Shown: positions 12,801 through 23,912, counted from the stretch's first letter. The stretch: DNA of 64,000 bases from Adineta vaga (GCA_021613535.1 CP075493.1:11036001-11100000), one strand, 5' to 3'. Made by a program: numbers and translations. Notes: a model not told the origin generated them from the sequence alone.

Positions 12801-14343
12801 AATATGCTATATGTAAATATATTGTAACACGATATGCGTTTGTATGTTCAATACTATTTATTGCTCTTTCGAAATGTGATAGTGCATTTTGATAACTATT
12901 TTTGGAGCATTGAAATCGTCCCATTAGATCATAAGTATATGCTTTACTCATGGGATCTGAAGTAGATTGACAATCATTCATTAATATTTCGATATATTGT
13001 CCAGCATTTTTAAGGTCACCTAATGACAGAAGTAAATCAGCAAATCTGAATTTTGAAGGAAGTTTCGTTGGATAATATGTTTGAATGAGATCAATCATTT
13101 TCTTATATTCAATATTATCTAATGATTTTAATTTAATGTACTGCCGACCATCAATCATTTCGATGGACTCAAGTAAAAAAATAGCACCAATTGGCAAAAT
13201 CACTTCCTCTTCTTGAGGAAATTGACTTTTCTTTTGTACACATACTGGACAGAATCGTTTATTCTGAAGTTGAACATCAAAATTAAGTTCAATTTCAAGT
13301 AAAACAGAATTATCACTATTTGCTATTTCCATAGCAACACGTTTATTTCTGGTTGTTGATAAATATGCATTAAATGATATATAAGTTCCGACAGTCTTCT
13401 TTAGTTTGATTAATTCTAATTCTGATATCAGTTGACCACGATAAACTGTTTCATTCGATTGGACTATTTCTTCCGTACAACATTGTTCAAGTTGCTTTTG
13501 AAAATCAACAAGAAAAAATCGAAATTTAAATATTGCATCGATATCTCTCTTTCGAAAAGCTTTGTTCAATAGTCGATAAAGAAATGAATCACGTGTATAC
13601 CACCGAATAGCATCTTCTGATGAATAATCTTTTTCGAATTCTGTGATTGCTTTTGGTGGTTGTATTTTCTCGTCTATATATTGTTGACGACAGTATTCCA
13701 CCAACTCAGCTCTAGCAGTATCACTAGGAATAGTTGAATCAAATAAAGTTTCGATTAATAAATAATCCCAAATAAATGATGTATTTTGAATTGGAGTAGT
13801 TGTTTCTTGTTCTGCGCTAAAATCGAATATCGTTGAATATAATGAATCGCTGGTAGATGTACGAATATCCTTACTAATTAATTGAAACAGTATTTCTCTA
13901 TCATCACTAATACGACGAATTGATCTTTTGGCATCTGTTATTAATAATATATCTTTGTTTTCTTCATTTTTTAGAATATAAATAAATAGAACTTGAGAAA
14001 AATCATCCAAAAATGTCAAAATACTCGAAGCTAAATCATAATCAATAATTAAGAATATATTTGATGTTGGTATTTCACTAATAAAATCAATTAGATCATG
14101 TACGCAAGAAAATAACCGTATGGCAATATCATTTATTGATTCACATCGATTTTCAATTTGCTTTGTAAACCATAGAATAAGAACATCATCCGTAATTTGC
14201 TCGAATACTTCTGATTTTGTTGCTTGTAAACATGCTTGAGTAATTGTATCATCTAAATCTATTGGTTCACGTAATAAACGTCTTTCTTCCAGGATAAATG
14301 AACATTTATGTTCATTCCAGTCATTTTTTTCCAACTTATGCAT
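9865..14343 (-). CDS. ART-TPR protein copy 1: receiver-like N-domain, R-S-E class ADP-ribosyltransferase domain, long TPR array
   Basis: Intronless ~1490-aa ORF (likely ATG 14343, MHKLEK). AIRWYTRDSFLYRLLNKAFR helix, VYRGQ, FNAYLSTT, QFPQEEEVIL, followed by many degenerate TPRs. Confidence 0.9.
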   Translation of the reverse strand: MHKLEKNDWNEHKCSFILEERRLLREPIDLDDTITQACLQATKSEVFEQITDDVLILWFTKQIENRCESINDIAIRLFSCVHDLIDFISEIPTSNIFLIIDYDLASSILTFLDDFSQVLFIYILKNEENKDILLITDAKRSIRRISDDREILFQLISKDIRTSTSDSLYSTIFDFSAEQETTTPIQNTSFIWDYLLIETLFDSTIPSDTARAELVEYCRQQYIDEKIQPPKAITEFEKDYSSEDAIRWYTRDSFLYRLLNKAFRKRDIDAIFKFRFFLVDFQKQLEQCCTEEIVQSNETVYRGQLISELELIKLKKTVGTYISFNAYLSTTRNKRVAMEIANSDNSVLLEIELNFDVQLQNKRFCPVCVQKKSQFPQEEEVILPIGAIFLLESIEMIDGRQYIKLKSLDNIEYKKMIDLIQTYYPTKLPSKFRFADLLLSLGDLKNAGQYIEILMNDCQSTSDPMSKAYTYDLMGRFQCSKNSYQNALSHFERAINSIEHTNAYRVTIYLHIAYLYQQQNLSGMALEYLRDAIKYEEELDPEELADLYDMFGHVYRERKLFYDAISYLQQALDIRLDELPTHKNCVKTYYYIALVYTEKSDYKNSLKYFNDALQIALKALPKKHPMFISLYTYLGYVYFRDEDSELAEQYLEKALDLIECVKKRTQNYEPLVHIFICNVLVKLYTHREDYEARYHYTEKAFNIYRKFENVLSNSDSLKRTVYDNMFDTYWICGDYDLALNLSFKMLDIWKDTDDQIPIFYNIGKIYHFLNNTEMALDYFNKTLELISQLKQSVNHIDRICWINFYQSSIYQKENDLLKAIVSIKEALRFQHQISNTDFDFIISCHLELMRLCPDEKENSIKEIIQLVQNSHLLNPTKANCYDILGDYYGEQYDFLTALECYQSCVNIQLTHIPPCYRDLIYIYFKLGNIYTTIEGSGSDKALFYFEKCRDIYLELTNMTKIPIKDRLTMFHGRKDLTEKHINESVCSSQMIFLVYNSIADYFVNKNNYEETLKYVQMMEQIFIEYRRQNELKRQNRYHFSVRHYDELILNFEKMLTSISNDYHECGTTYQFIALAYHKKQDYLISISKCNIALTFLHNSPFIDHPALAMCYSITALSYYEMKNYDYAHIYYQQAIKHNLLCTPIDYSTLFCNHTLAANALYSSRPWNCNETLKYLLTIIKFKKYLSNEDLRYFYDMVGLYYNLSEKYNSALACYEKAFDYSKNPNDIINVYQQQIYNLMLIGEYDKAYDVTKKSIDCQVSMKDVNFISLLDCYIGAGLICDRNGKYQSALMYYLLTFYILRKHPNDKQNDYYTRLYSHIACVHLEYGEIISAHDLCSKASETHFLTDDKTRIATIIFYISIGLVECKLDNYYVALDYFGQAWEYLYNENHYYHHWQRILYNYIGYVYFKVGQVEIAMKHYIKSLSMYKDCRTHPCRAEVYKNIGLIYEQVRQKYHLALLYYKRALKQITNHKHPHYILYRSMMITLEKKIQR

Positions 14344-14849
14344 TGACGTACTTCCTACTCGAGTGTGTCCGTATATATTATCAACCAAGCGTATGAAAGA
14401 GAAACTGAATAAATGTCAAATCAACTATGAAAATGTTTTTTATTCGTACAGGTTAATCGTCTATGTTGGAAAAATCCCGGCAGGTATTACGCAAATAACA
14501 ACATTGTATTACTCTTTCCTTCGCTCTGGATGCTTGATGAGAGATATTATTGTCAATAAGAATAACTATTTTTCATATTTTCTACTGTAAAGTATTCCTA
14601 AGCAAACTCTAATCAATTGCAGTCCAAATTTGTTTCTTCATAATTTTTAATTACTGTGTAATCAGTTATTTTGTTTAAACAATTCGTTTTCGCAAAATTG
14701 CATACTCGACATTGTATTGACTTATTTTCTTTCACGAAAATATACAATAAAAGATAAGGATTGAAAACAAATTTCAATCTTACCTGTGACACACACGCAC
14801 ACGAAATTATTTAGAAATAAAACAGATAGTATTACAAAGAAGGGAGTAC

Positions 14850-16342
14850 TTGCCTAACGAAATATGGTTGTCTACTTTTAAATACCTACATCTTATAGAT
14901 GTTATTCATGGATTTTTCCAAATAAACCAACGTTTTCAATATTTAAGAATGCCATGGATTCATTATTTTAATCTTAGTGAAGTCTCTTTTGTAGAGTATG
15001 AACGATTTTGTAACTTTATCTTACCACAATATTATAATTTGATACATTCATTAACATTGAAAAATGATCATCAATTAAAATTATTCAAACAATAACAAAT
15101 AGTCTTTACAGTCTAACATTGAGTAACGATGGTGCTCATCCTACAGGACGGCATGGAAATGAAACAGAATTCTATTTAGAACATTTGAAGAAATTAACAC
15201 ATCTTCAACTATTCGGTTATTTCAATTTATTAATATATCCAAAGATACTCAATCATGCTAGTCGAATTTCAACATTAGAAAATTTGACTATAATAGGTTA
15301 CACAGGCAATTCCGATCAGATATTTCAAATCGAAAGCGATAGTCAATTTCCAAATCTAAAGATTATGAAAATTCGCGATATCGATTTTATTGATTTAATT
15401 CACCTACTCGAAATAACACCATCGATTGAAGAAATTTACATGTCTGTGCGACAAATGAAATATCCTATCGAACAACAAGAATTCACAAACCAAAGTAGAT
15501 CATCCACACTAAAGAAATTACATTTAGAATTTGGATCATCGTATACAAGAAGCTCTTCACAAAGTAAATTTATTGATTTAGTCGAGTTTCTGAATAATCT
15601 CTTTCATAAATTTCATATCGAACTACAATCATTCGTTATAATTATAAGTACGATATTAAATCGAAGGAATGTCTTCTTCGATGATCTAAACGAGCTTAAA
15701 CGCTTGAATTTCATTCCATCATTTCAATACTTAATTTATATTCATTATTGTCAAACAAATTGTCAACTGCCATTTCATACGTATCATCTCTATTTGGATT
15801 CGAAAATCGTACCCGAAATTTCATTCTCGTTCAAATTATTGAAACTATGTCGATTAACTGGATGCAATCTTCGAACTTCTGCGCATAGAAATTTAATCTA
15901 TGCAATTCTTGTCTTATCACCAAATTTGAGTTCTCTAGATTTTTCGAATAATACACCAGCAGATCTTCGAGATATGTTTAAGTTATGTAAAAAACCATTG
16001 AAAGCAGTGACATCATTAGGATGTGCTAGTTATGGATTATATCCGACATTTTTTATGGATCTTGGAAAGATTTTACCGTTTTTGAAACATTTTAAATTAT
16101 CTGATACTTGTTTTAATATTGAATTTCCGCCGAAAATGATAATTATTTATATACAACAGTATTGGCCACAATTAATAACCTTACATTGGCAATATCCGAA
16201 TGAGAATACATTAAATCGAAAAATGAAATTGATGTATAATGAATTTATTCAATTATTGGAAGACAAACAAAAGTGTAGAAATATTTTCTTTTCTTCGGGT
16301 GCATGTACACATCTTAGAAGTTGTACGGATATTTGGTTTTGA
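14850..16342 (+). pseudogene. F-box/LRR-like gene with frameshift and no in-frame ATG
   Basis: EYLPNEIWLSTFKYL..F.QINQRF F-box motif. The frame shifts near 15085 (QLKLF to QTITNSLYSLTLSND) with no GT-AG intron that fits; the downstream 407-aa ORF has LRR-like L..L.L segments. Confidence 0.6.
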
Positions 16343-16675
16343 ATGTAGTTAAATTTGACTAAAGATAATCTTTTCGAAACGTATAGAATAAGTCAACAGA
16401 ATACAATAATAAACATATCTGTGACAATCTTTATTTATGTTGTTATTGAAAATAAAATATTGATCTTGATTATTGCATTTTCACCGAAGGAGCAAATGAA
16501 GGAAAGACGAACTGTATGACTTTTAATGTATTGCTATTATGAATCAATCATTTTGAAGAAGTCACAACATATATATATATGTACATAGTCGTACATTACA
16601 TTCTTTTTCCTCTCTATACAAACTGAAACCAGCTGTTCTTCTTACGTTGACAGTCATATACACAGAGCAGCAATA

Positions 16676-17672
16676 ATGTTGATTAACCATTATAGGACTA
16701 GAGACAGACATTATACGGATGATATCAATGAAGCCAGACCAAATATACGATTTCATATTTTTCCAACTCAAAAATTAGCATCATCCGTTGATTTAAGTAT
16801 ATGGATGACACCCGTTATACATCAAGATGATACAAGAGCTTGGTATAGATTTTTATTCTAGTCTGTTGATTCTTATATTCTCTTTATTTTCTAGTTGTGC
16901 CAATGCATTGGCAACTATTTGTGAATATTTAATTCGACGTACAAATAATCTTCCGTATACAATGGCTTCTACAAAGTTATCTCGTTTATTTCTCTATTAT
17001 AATGGACAAAGAAAAGAACAACAAACACGTCATGTTCAAGATTTGGGTGTTCATCAACGAAGTGTTGCTTTAAGTATGAGAAAATATGGACTATGTGAAG
17101 AAGAATTCTGGCCTTATCGGAGAAGATTATTGAATAAACAACCATCTTCTACTGCATATAGACAAGCCAGCAAGTATACTGTTGTTCTGCTTTCTGTTCC
17201 AATTACAATTGAAGCCATTGAAACATGTCTTCATAATCAAATACCAGTGCCAATTGACATTATAATGGATGATGAAACAGAACAAATTATTCAAACAAAT
17301 AATGGCTTTTTAAAGATGGGCAAACTTAAGAATAGTATAATTGATAAAGAGAATTTACATACAGTAGTTATTGTTGGTTATGATCGAGACGAAAGATATT
17401 TCATAATGCGAAATTCATGGGGAGTCGGATGGGTAAGTAGAAGAGAAAAAACAGCAATATTAAATTTCGTGATTATTATCGATTATTCATAGGGTCATAA
17501 TGGTTATTTTTATGTTCCATATGATTTTATTCTCAACCAAGATCGTGTTAGTCATAAAGATCATTTATGGACTGTCACAAGAATCGTACCACGTCTACCT
17601 AGATTACCTTCTGTATATCAATTATATGTACCTGAACATACAGAAAAAAAAAGAATTTATAATCTTTTTTAA
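16676..17672 (+). CDS. Leaderless papain-like (C1A) cysteine protease copy 1, 3 exons
   Basis: Introns 16843-16894 and 17433-17492. Spliced product has SVDLS.WMTPV.HQDDTRACCANA (Gln19/Cys25 equivalents), SRLFLYYN, LHTVVIVGYD (His), RNSWG (Asn), GHNGYFYVPY. No signal peptide. Confidence 0.88.
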
Positions 17673-18111
17673 TTCCTGTCAAACATTTCACAACTACAAA
17701 AGTAATGAAAAAGACATACTTGTGATTCACACACTTTTCTACCTATACGAAGAGAAAAAACCTCATGATTTTACCATATATACATTAATAATAAAAATCG
17801 TTTTTTTAATGGACATATATATTTTATACTGAGGTAAATGTGCATTTTATGTAATAAGATAAGGACAGAAAAAGAAAGGAATAAATCGTTACTAAAAACT
17901 GTTTTTTTTCTTCTTCTTTTTGTGTGTATACGAATGAATGTATCTCAAATCTACTCAACAAAATATCCAAACAAACAATGTCTATAGATATTAGACTATA
18001 CCAAAGAAAGATTTTTCTTCATACAGTTACTATTGTACTATTTCTTTGTTGGATAATCTTTTTTATTTAAAAAAAGAATTATTCATATGGAAAACCGAAC
18101 GCAAAGACGAA

Positions 18112-20670
18112 TTACAAATTCTTTTCTATGTCTTGAAGAATATTTCTATACCATTGAACATGTGGATGATTTGAAGGTAACGTTTGTTGTGCAATGTCTA
18201 TAGCACGTTGACAAAATGGAAGAGCTTTTTTACGTTCACCCATACTATTGTATACATTACCAATATACCCAAAAGACATGGCCAAATCGGGATGATTAGG
18301 ATGAAGTGATTGTTGCCGAATTTGTAAAGCATTTTCCAGATACGAAAGTGCTTTAGAATAATTACGCATATTGATATATACCATACCGATGTTATTGTAA
18401 GTTGTTCCTAAACTAGGATTATTCTGTGACAATGACTGTTGTTTAATTTCAAGTGATTTTTCATAGGATGAAATTGCATCTGTGTAATTACCCATGATAA
18501 AATGCGCCATACCAATATTATGATATGATTCACCTAAATCAGGATGATGTGCAGGAAGATTTTGCTGTTGAATCTCTAGTGCTTTTTCATAAGATGAGAG
18601 TGCTTTCGCATAATCACCCATAGTGTAGTTTACCATACCGACATTATTGTATGAAATAGCTAAATCTGGATGATTCGATGATAGAATTTGTTGTTGGATG
18701 TGAAGAGCTTTTTCATACGATGCAAGTGCGTTTGAATAATCACCCATGTTGTTATATACCATGCCAGTATTATTATAGTATATAGCCATATTAGGATGAT
18801 TTGTAGGATGTGATTGTTGTTGAATTTTAAAAGCATTTTCGTATGATGAAAGTGCTTTCGCATAATTTCCCATATTATAATGTACCATACCAATATTATT
18901 ATAAGTGGCAATCAAATCAGGATGATTAGAAGGTAATGTTTGTTTTCGAATTTGAAGAGCTTGTTCATAATGTGAAAGTGCTTCAGCATAATCATTCATG
19001 CTATTATATGTCATACCAAGATCTTGATATGCACTTGCTAAATCGAGATGATTGGCGGGAAGTGATTTCTGTCTTATTTCAAGTGCTTTATCGTACGATG
19101 CGAGTGCTTTCGGATAATTACCCATACTATAATGTACGGCACCAATGCTTGTGTGAGATGAAGCTAAACTAATATGATTCGAAGGAAGAGTTTCGTGAGC
19201 TATATAGAGTGATTGTTCGTAGAATGTTAATGCTGCTTGATAATCTTTTTGTTGATGTTTAAGCCAACCGAGCTGGTAATATAAAGGTGCTTTTTCACTA
19301 TCGTACGTTGTTTGATTGAGTGAAACTTCATAGACTTCTTGAGCTTTTTGAAATTGATTCATTTTAATTAATAATTGTCCAAATCGGGCCCATCCTACTT
19401 TATCGAAAAACGTTTCTTCTCGAATACGATTCGTGAGTTTACGAAGATTTTCTTCGTCATTTTTCATCAAAGTTAATGTCACTTCGTAAATATGATTATT
19501 TGTATCAATTAATTCTATATCATCAATTCGAAAGATACTTTGCATTGAAAATAGAACTTCATCTTGTGTTTTAAAAAATCCAACCTTAGTAATGTCTGCA
19601 AATGGTGTCATTGAATCAGTTGTATCAATATTCATAATAAATAGAATGCCAACTAAATCGGGATTTGTTGCAGTTTGTTGTGCAAAATCATAAGCAATTT
19701 GACGATTCTTATTTGTCAATAAGAAATCATTAAAAGAAATAAAACCATTTTTAAGTTTACTCAATCGATCGAAATTTTCCACTAATAAACCTTGTCCACG
19801 ATATACTGTCAGAGTCTTTGTATCACTATCTGGATTATCAAATTGTTCGGAATAAAATCGTTGAATATCACGATGTAGATCATCGATAAAGAATCCCATA
19901 CGAACAATAATGCCTGCATCCAATGATCGTATTGCACGATGAAGCATACGACACATAAATGATTCTTGTGTATACCACCATATAGGTCGTTTACTATAAT
20001 AATCTCGACTTAATTGACTAATATTTTCCAATTCATCATCATCTTCAGGATATAGATCACGACAATAATTGACATATTCGTCCAGATGTATTTCTCCAAA
20101 ATCAATTTTTGATAAGATTTCTTTGATTACTTGAATGAAAACAAACGACAAATCTAGTCGATTGAAAATTTCATCAGATTCATTAGCAATATTTACGTTG
20201 AAAAGACTAATCGGTAAAATATTTTGTTCACATTGATGAACTGCTATTTGAAGTGCTTCACATATTGATGATATTTCTGTAAAAACACCTTTAAATTTAG
20301 GATATTTCTTTGTCCATTCTTCATACAATTGTTTGTTATGACTAAATATTAGAATGGTATCTAATTGAGTCATACCATGTATATAAGGTAAAATTCGTTG
20401 ACCAAATGCATCTGATGTAATCAAACAGATTCTACTGTCAGTCATACTTTGCATAAATTGAATGCATTGTTCATCATTTGTAAATGTTTTGATCGTATTG
20501 ACAATACGTTTGAATTGTTTAATTGTATTATCGCAATCAATAGTACTATCGTTAGCCGTACTATCCAACCAGATCAGAACAATATTTTGTATATGTCCAG
20601 CATCTTTCAAATCAGTTGATAATTGCTTTGTTTTTTCGATACCATTAGATTTGTCCATTGATGAGTACAC
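18112..20670 (-). CDS. ART-TPR protein 3: receiver-like domain, ART-like domain, about ten 42-aa kinesin-light-chain-type TPRs
   Basis: IVLIWLD N-domain, PIWWYTQESF, VYRGQG, FNDFLLTN, KTQDEVLF, and repeats of HPDLA.SYNNIG.V...MG.Y.KALS.YEKAL.I.QQ.L. Confidence 0.9.
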   Translation of the reverse strand: MYSSMDKSNGIEKTKQLSTDLKDAGHIQNIVLIWLDSTANDSTIDCDNTIKQFKRIVNTIKTFTNDEQCIQFMQSMTDSRICLITSDAFGQRILPYIHGMTQLDTILIFSHNKQLYEEWTKKYPKFKGVFTEISSICEALQIAVHQCEQNILPISLFNVNIANESDEIFNRLDLSFVFIQVIKEILSKIDFGEIHLDEYVNYCRDLYPEDDDELENISQLSRDYYSKRPIWWYTQESFMCRMLHRAIRSLDAGIIVRMGFFIDDLHRDIQRFYSEQFDNPDSDTKTLTVYRGQGLLVENFDRLSKLKNGFISFNDFLLTNKNRQIAYDFAQQTATNPDLVGILFIMNIDTTDSMTPFADITKVGFFKTQDEVLFSMQSIFRIDDIELIDTNNHIYEVTLTLMKNDEENLRKLTNRIREETFFDKVGWARFGQLLIKMNQFQKAQEVYEVSLNQTTYDSEKAPLYYQLGWLKHQQKDYQAALTFYEQSLYIAHETLPSNHISLASSHTSIGAVHYSMGNYPKALASYDKALEIRQKSLPANHLDLASAYQDLGMTYNSMNDYAEALSHYEQALQIRKQTLPSNHPDLIATYNNIGMVHYNMGNYAKALSSYENAFKIQQQSHPTNHPNMAIYYNNTGMVYNNMGDYSNALASYEKALHIQQQILSSNHPDLAISYNNVGMVNYTMGDYAKALSSYEKALEIQQQNLPAHHPDLGESYHNIGMAHFIMGNYTDAISSYEKSLEIKQQSLSQNNPSLGTTYNNIGMVYINMRNYSKALSYLENALQIRQQSLHPNHPDLAMSFGYIGNVYNSMGERKKALPFCQRAIDIAQQTLPSNHPHVQWYRNILQDIEKNL

Positions 20671-21170
20671 AAATGTGTTGTTGTAAAACGATATGTGAAT
20701 GACTATGTATAGATCAAGTACGCGTACCTTCGTTTTCGATTTTTCTTTATCTAGTCACGGATATGGTTTTTTTAATATTGTATAGACGCACATGGTATCG
20801 TAGAACATAAGAGAGACAGTGTTGATATTCGCTAGTCATAACATGGTATTATGCTTGATAGAACACGACAGAGTCCATGAAAAAAATCTGTTTCTTTTTC
20901 TAAACGAAAAAGATATTATCTGATAAACTTTTTTAAACAATAGAGCAAAGCAAAATAGGTCGAAGAGTGATGTTCAATTTTCTGCATACGATTGAAGGCC
21001 CCTTTTACTTGTCCAACTAAGAATGGTACTCCATCAATAAAATACTTTGAAGTTTTCACATTAATTTTAAATTTTATCACATATCTTGCATAGAGTCTCT
21101 TGAAGATGAATAAAAAAAAGAATAATAGAGAAAAATATATTCTACATTCATTTTGATGATGTTCGACAAG

Positions 21171-22096
21171 ATGAAGGGGTGGTTTCATATTTTTCAATTA
21201 TCACTTACGTCGTCAACCTTGGTGTCAATATATAGAAATACACTGTTTTATCCAAACGATGTACGCTATATACTAACTAATATTTCCTCGATCAATACAT
21301 CATATGCTTGTCTTTGTCAATGTATGTTGAATTCTATGTGTGCTACGATGAACTTCAATGATTATACTCAAAATTGTTTACTTTATTCGGCACGATTACA
21401 AGAAGGACAACTAAAACGAAGGACAATCGATACAAATGCAACCGTAATCAGTTTCAAAAACATAAGTACTATAGGTAAGTATTTAATAACAAGATACTGA
21501 AGTGAACGATTGTTATAATATTTCAATAATAACATGCTTTTCTTTTGCAGCATTAACTATGTTTAGCTATAATAATGAAACGGTATATGCAATATGGAAT
21601 ACTACAGCTGGAAGTAATAGTTCAGCTTCGTATTCTGGTTATAATATAGGAAACTATTTCCCAGTGGAAACACCTATGCATATCTTTGATAGGAATTTTA
21701 CTAGCAGCTACACAAATTATGGTAGTTGTAATTTTTCTATTGCAAATTTTTCATGTGGAATGAATACTATGGTTTCTATATTACTTTCATGAATGGTCCA
21801 TTTCTTCTTCGTGCATTTCGTTTATATACAGGTCACTATACAATGCAGAGCGTGATCCACAAACAATTACAATTAAAGGAAGTAATCTTGCTAATTCTTT
21901 TCTATCTCTAGGTTCTAGTTGGACATTGATTTATAATGGTAGTTCAGGACTTACTGCTAATCTTGGACGAAATATGTTTGGTGAAATGCAAACAGTTTCT
22001 AATTCGACATGGTATTTAAGTTATCGTCTTCTAGTCACTACAAAACGAGACATTGGAACTGCAATTGAATATGGTGAAGTGGAATTTTTTACTTAA
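21171..22096 (+). pseudogene. PAN/Apple plus discoidin-like secreted protein with two frameshifts
   Basis: Apple-like CLCQC...C..MNF.....CLLY; intron about 21476-21550; YAIWNTTAG, CGMNT/GFYITF (frameshift near 21770), RDPQTITIKGSN (second frameshift near 21840), SSWTLIYNGSSGL, SYRLLVTTKR, stop at 22096. Confidence 0.7.
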
Positions 22097-22159
22097 AAAC
22101 AAAAATAATTGTCAAATCTTCAAAACATATAAAAGAAACTGAAATTGAAAATATTGTTC

Positions 22160-23275
22160 TTATACATTAATAGACGAACAAAAATCTTGATAAGCTTGAT
22201 CATAATTTTTGTCTTTGTCAGGAACACATTTCAAATCGAATTTTTTTTCATTTTCGTCAAGGAACATTCGTGCAAAACATTTATGTTTTCTCCTCCAATG
22301 AAATGCTTGTATACGATATGGTTGAACTGAAAATGTAACCAAAGGACTTTCTTTAATCAAAGCTTTTCGAATGTACTCTGCCAAATCGATCACTTTGTCT
22401 GCTTTTATCGACGAATCCATATGGAATACGACTTCATCGTTGGTTAGAGCTGCACATCTTACATCAATTTCTTTTTCATCAAAACATCGACAAAGTATTG
22501 TGCGATAAATGTTACCAGTATACCATGTCCACAGCGCTTGTAGTTTATGATACTGAGGCAATTTACCCAAGCAGTACATTCGTAGTATTTTGCTCTGTAG
22601 AAATAAAGGTTTTGATCCAACAAATGTTTGTAAAAAGTCGGACCATGTTGGATACATTTGAGCATCTAGAGCGTTAATATATTTGAGCATCGAATAATTG
22701 GCAGATTTCATATCAACACTGAGAAAAGTAGCACCTTCATTTTTTGCCTGAAAAACTTGACTATTGACTTCAGAAACTGGAGAATGTCTTCGCGGTTCTT
22801 GTATCAATTCCTGATATGCTATCGTTGTGCCTATTAATTCTGATATAAATCGTGGTATACTGCGTTTAAATCTAGTCAGAAATTCAACACCATGCCAATC
22901 ACATAATTGATTTAATTCTTGCCATTCTATTGATGTTTCCGTTTGCACTTGTTCTGGAGTTAACAAACGTCCCGCAAAATCATCGAATAGTTTTTCTCTC
23001 ATGCGATGACTTTCTTCTTTTATTTGCATATCGGATGTTCTTATTTTAAAAAGTCTAACAGTAGATATACGTCCATCGGTTTGTTTTGCAGTAGTAAAAC
23101 GATTTTCTTCATCCATATCTTGATACAGAAGACGGTATTTAATAGTTAAAATAGTCAAAATAACGCGATCGAACGGTGTTGTATCAGACAATTCGAAATA
23201 ATCATCAGATTGGTTTAACCATTCACTCACTCGGTTTTCCCATTGTTGCCACTGATGATACACTGGACTCTCCAT
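22160..23275 (-). CDS. Intronless hypothetical protein with family-A DNA polymerase-like palm motifs
   Basis: 371-aa ORF. FLSVDMKSANY (motif A-like), SKILRMYCLGKL (motif B-like), LTNDEVVF (motif C-like, compare HDE.vf). No exonuclease domain evident. Confidence 0.6.
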   Translation of the reverse strand: MESPVYHQWQQWENRVSEWLNQSDDYFELSDTTPFDRVILTILTIKYRLLYQDMDEENRFTTAKQTDGRISTVRLFKIRTSDMQIKEESHRMREKLFDDFAGRLLTPEQVQTETSIEWQELNQLCDWHGVEFLTRFKRSIPRFISELIGTTIAYQELIQEPRRHSPVSEVNSQVFQAKNEGATFLSVDMKSANYSMLKYINALDAQMYPTWSDFLQTFVGSKPLFLQSKILRMYCLGKLPQYHKLQALWTWYTGNIYRTILCRCFDEKEIDVRCAALTNDEVVFHMDSSIKADKVIDLAEYIRKALIKESPLVTFSVQPYRIQAFHWRRKHKCFARMFLDENEKKFDLKCVPDKDKNYDQAYQDFCSSINV

Positions 23276-23890
23276 TTGTGTGAAATGTAAAATTATTCTA
23301 ACATAAATTCGATAAATGAATGAGTACTTATATGAAAAAGAAATATAACTCGATTCTCAGTTGTTGGTATTGTCGACGAAAGGTAAATATATGTTGCAGT
23401 CGTTTCTTTTTTTTATGATTCATGTTTTTTCTTCCAACATGTTTCAGCATGACTTATTTTTCTTATGCAATCATCGTCATTTTCTGTTCCCTATTCTGCG
23501 AAAATAATAAAGTTTGATTATGCAACAGAAATCTTTTTTTAATTTTTTTTAAATATGAATTCATTTCATAAATAACAGAATTGAAAAATAATGATGATCA
23601 TTTGTTCTATACGTCTTTACAGCACAGTTTTAACGGGATACCATCTGTCTTTCTTTCTGATATTTTTAGAAGAATATCAATATACTGTTTCTAATAAGAA
23701 TCATGATAAAATTCTTTTTTTTCCATAAAGCAGAATGTTATCTAAATTCTAAAAAAAAAGCATTCTCGCTCTTATGAATCGACGATGATAAGCATACGAG
23801 CGCCATATATTGTTAGAAAGAGTCGCAAATAAGTAAGTTTTTTTTATTCAGCCGTATATCATATTGAATAGAAATCTTGAGGATCTCATA

Positions 23891-23898
23891 CTATAAAT
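23891..23898 (+). promoter_or_regulatory. Putative TATA box
   Basis: CTATAAAT about 20 nt upstream of ATG 23913; weak evidence in AT-rich DNA. Confidence 0.3.
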
Positions 23899-23912
23899 AC
23901 GGTAACGAAAAA

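Noticed and set aside
14344-14388. Non-ATG N-terminal extensions in the ORF track (also 8278-8295, 23877-23912, 46341-46433, 49458-49493)
   Set aside because: Artefacts of TTG/GTG start calling; downstream ATGs fit signal peptides or paralogue starts.
18150-19330. 126-bp periodic repeats resembling a CRISPR array or satellite
   Set aside because: They are degenerate coding 42-aa TPR units in one ORF, with no constant repeat plus unique spacer structure and no cas genes.
22160-23275. Reverse transcriptase or transposase of a mobile element
   Set aside because: No YxDD or DDE pattern, and no terminal repeats or target-site duplications seen in the flanks.
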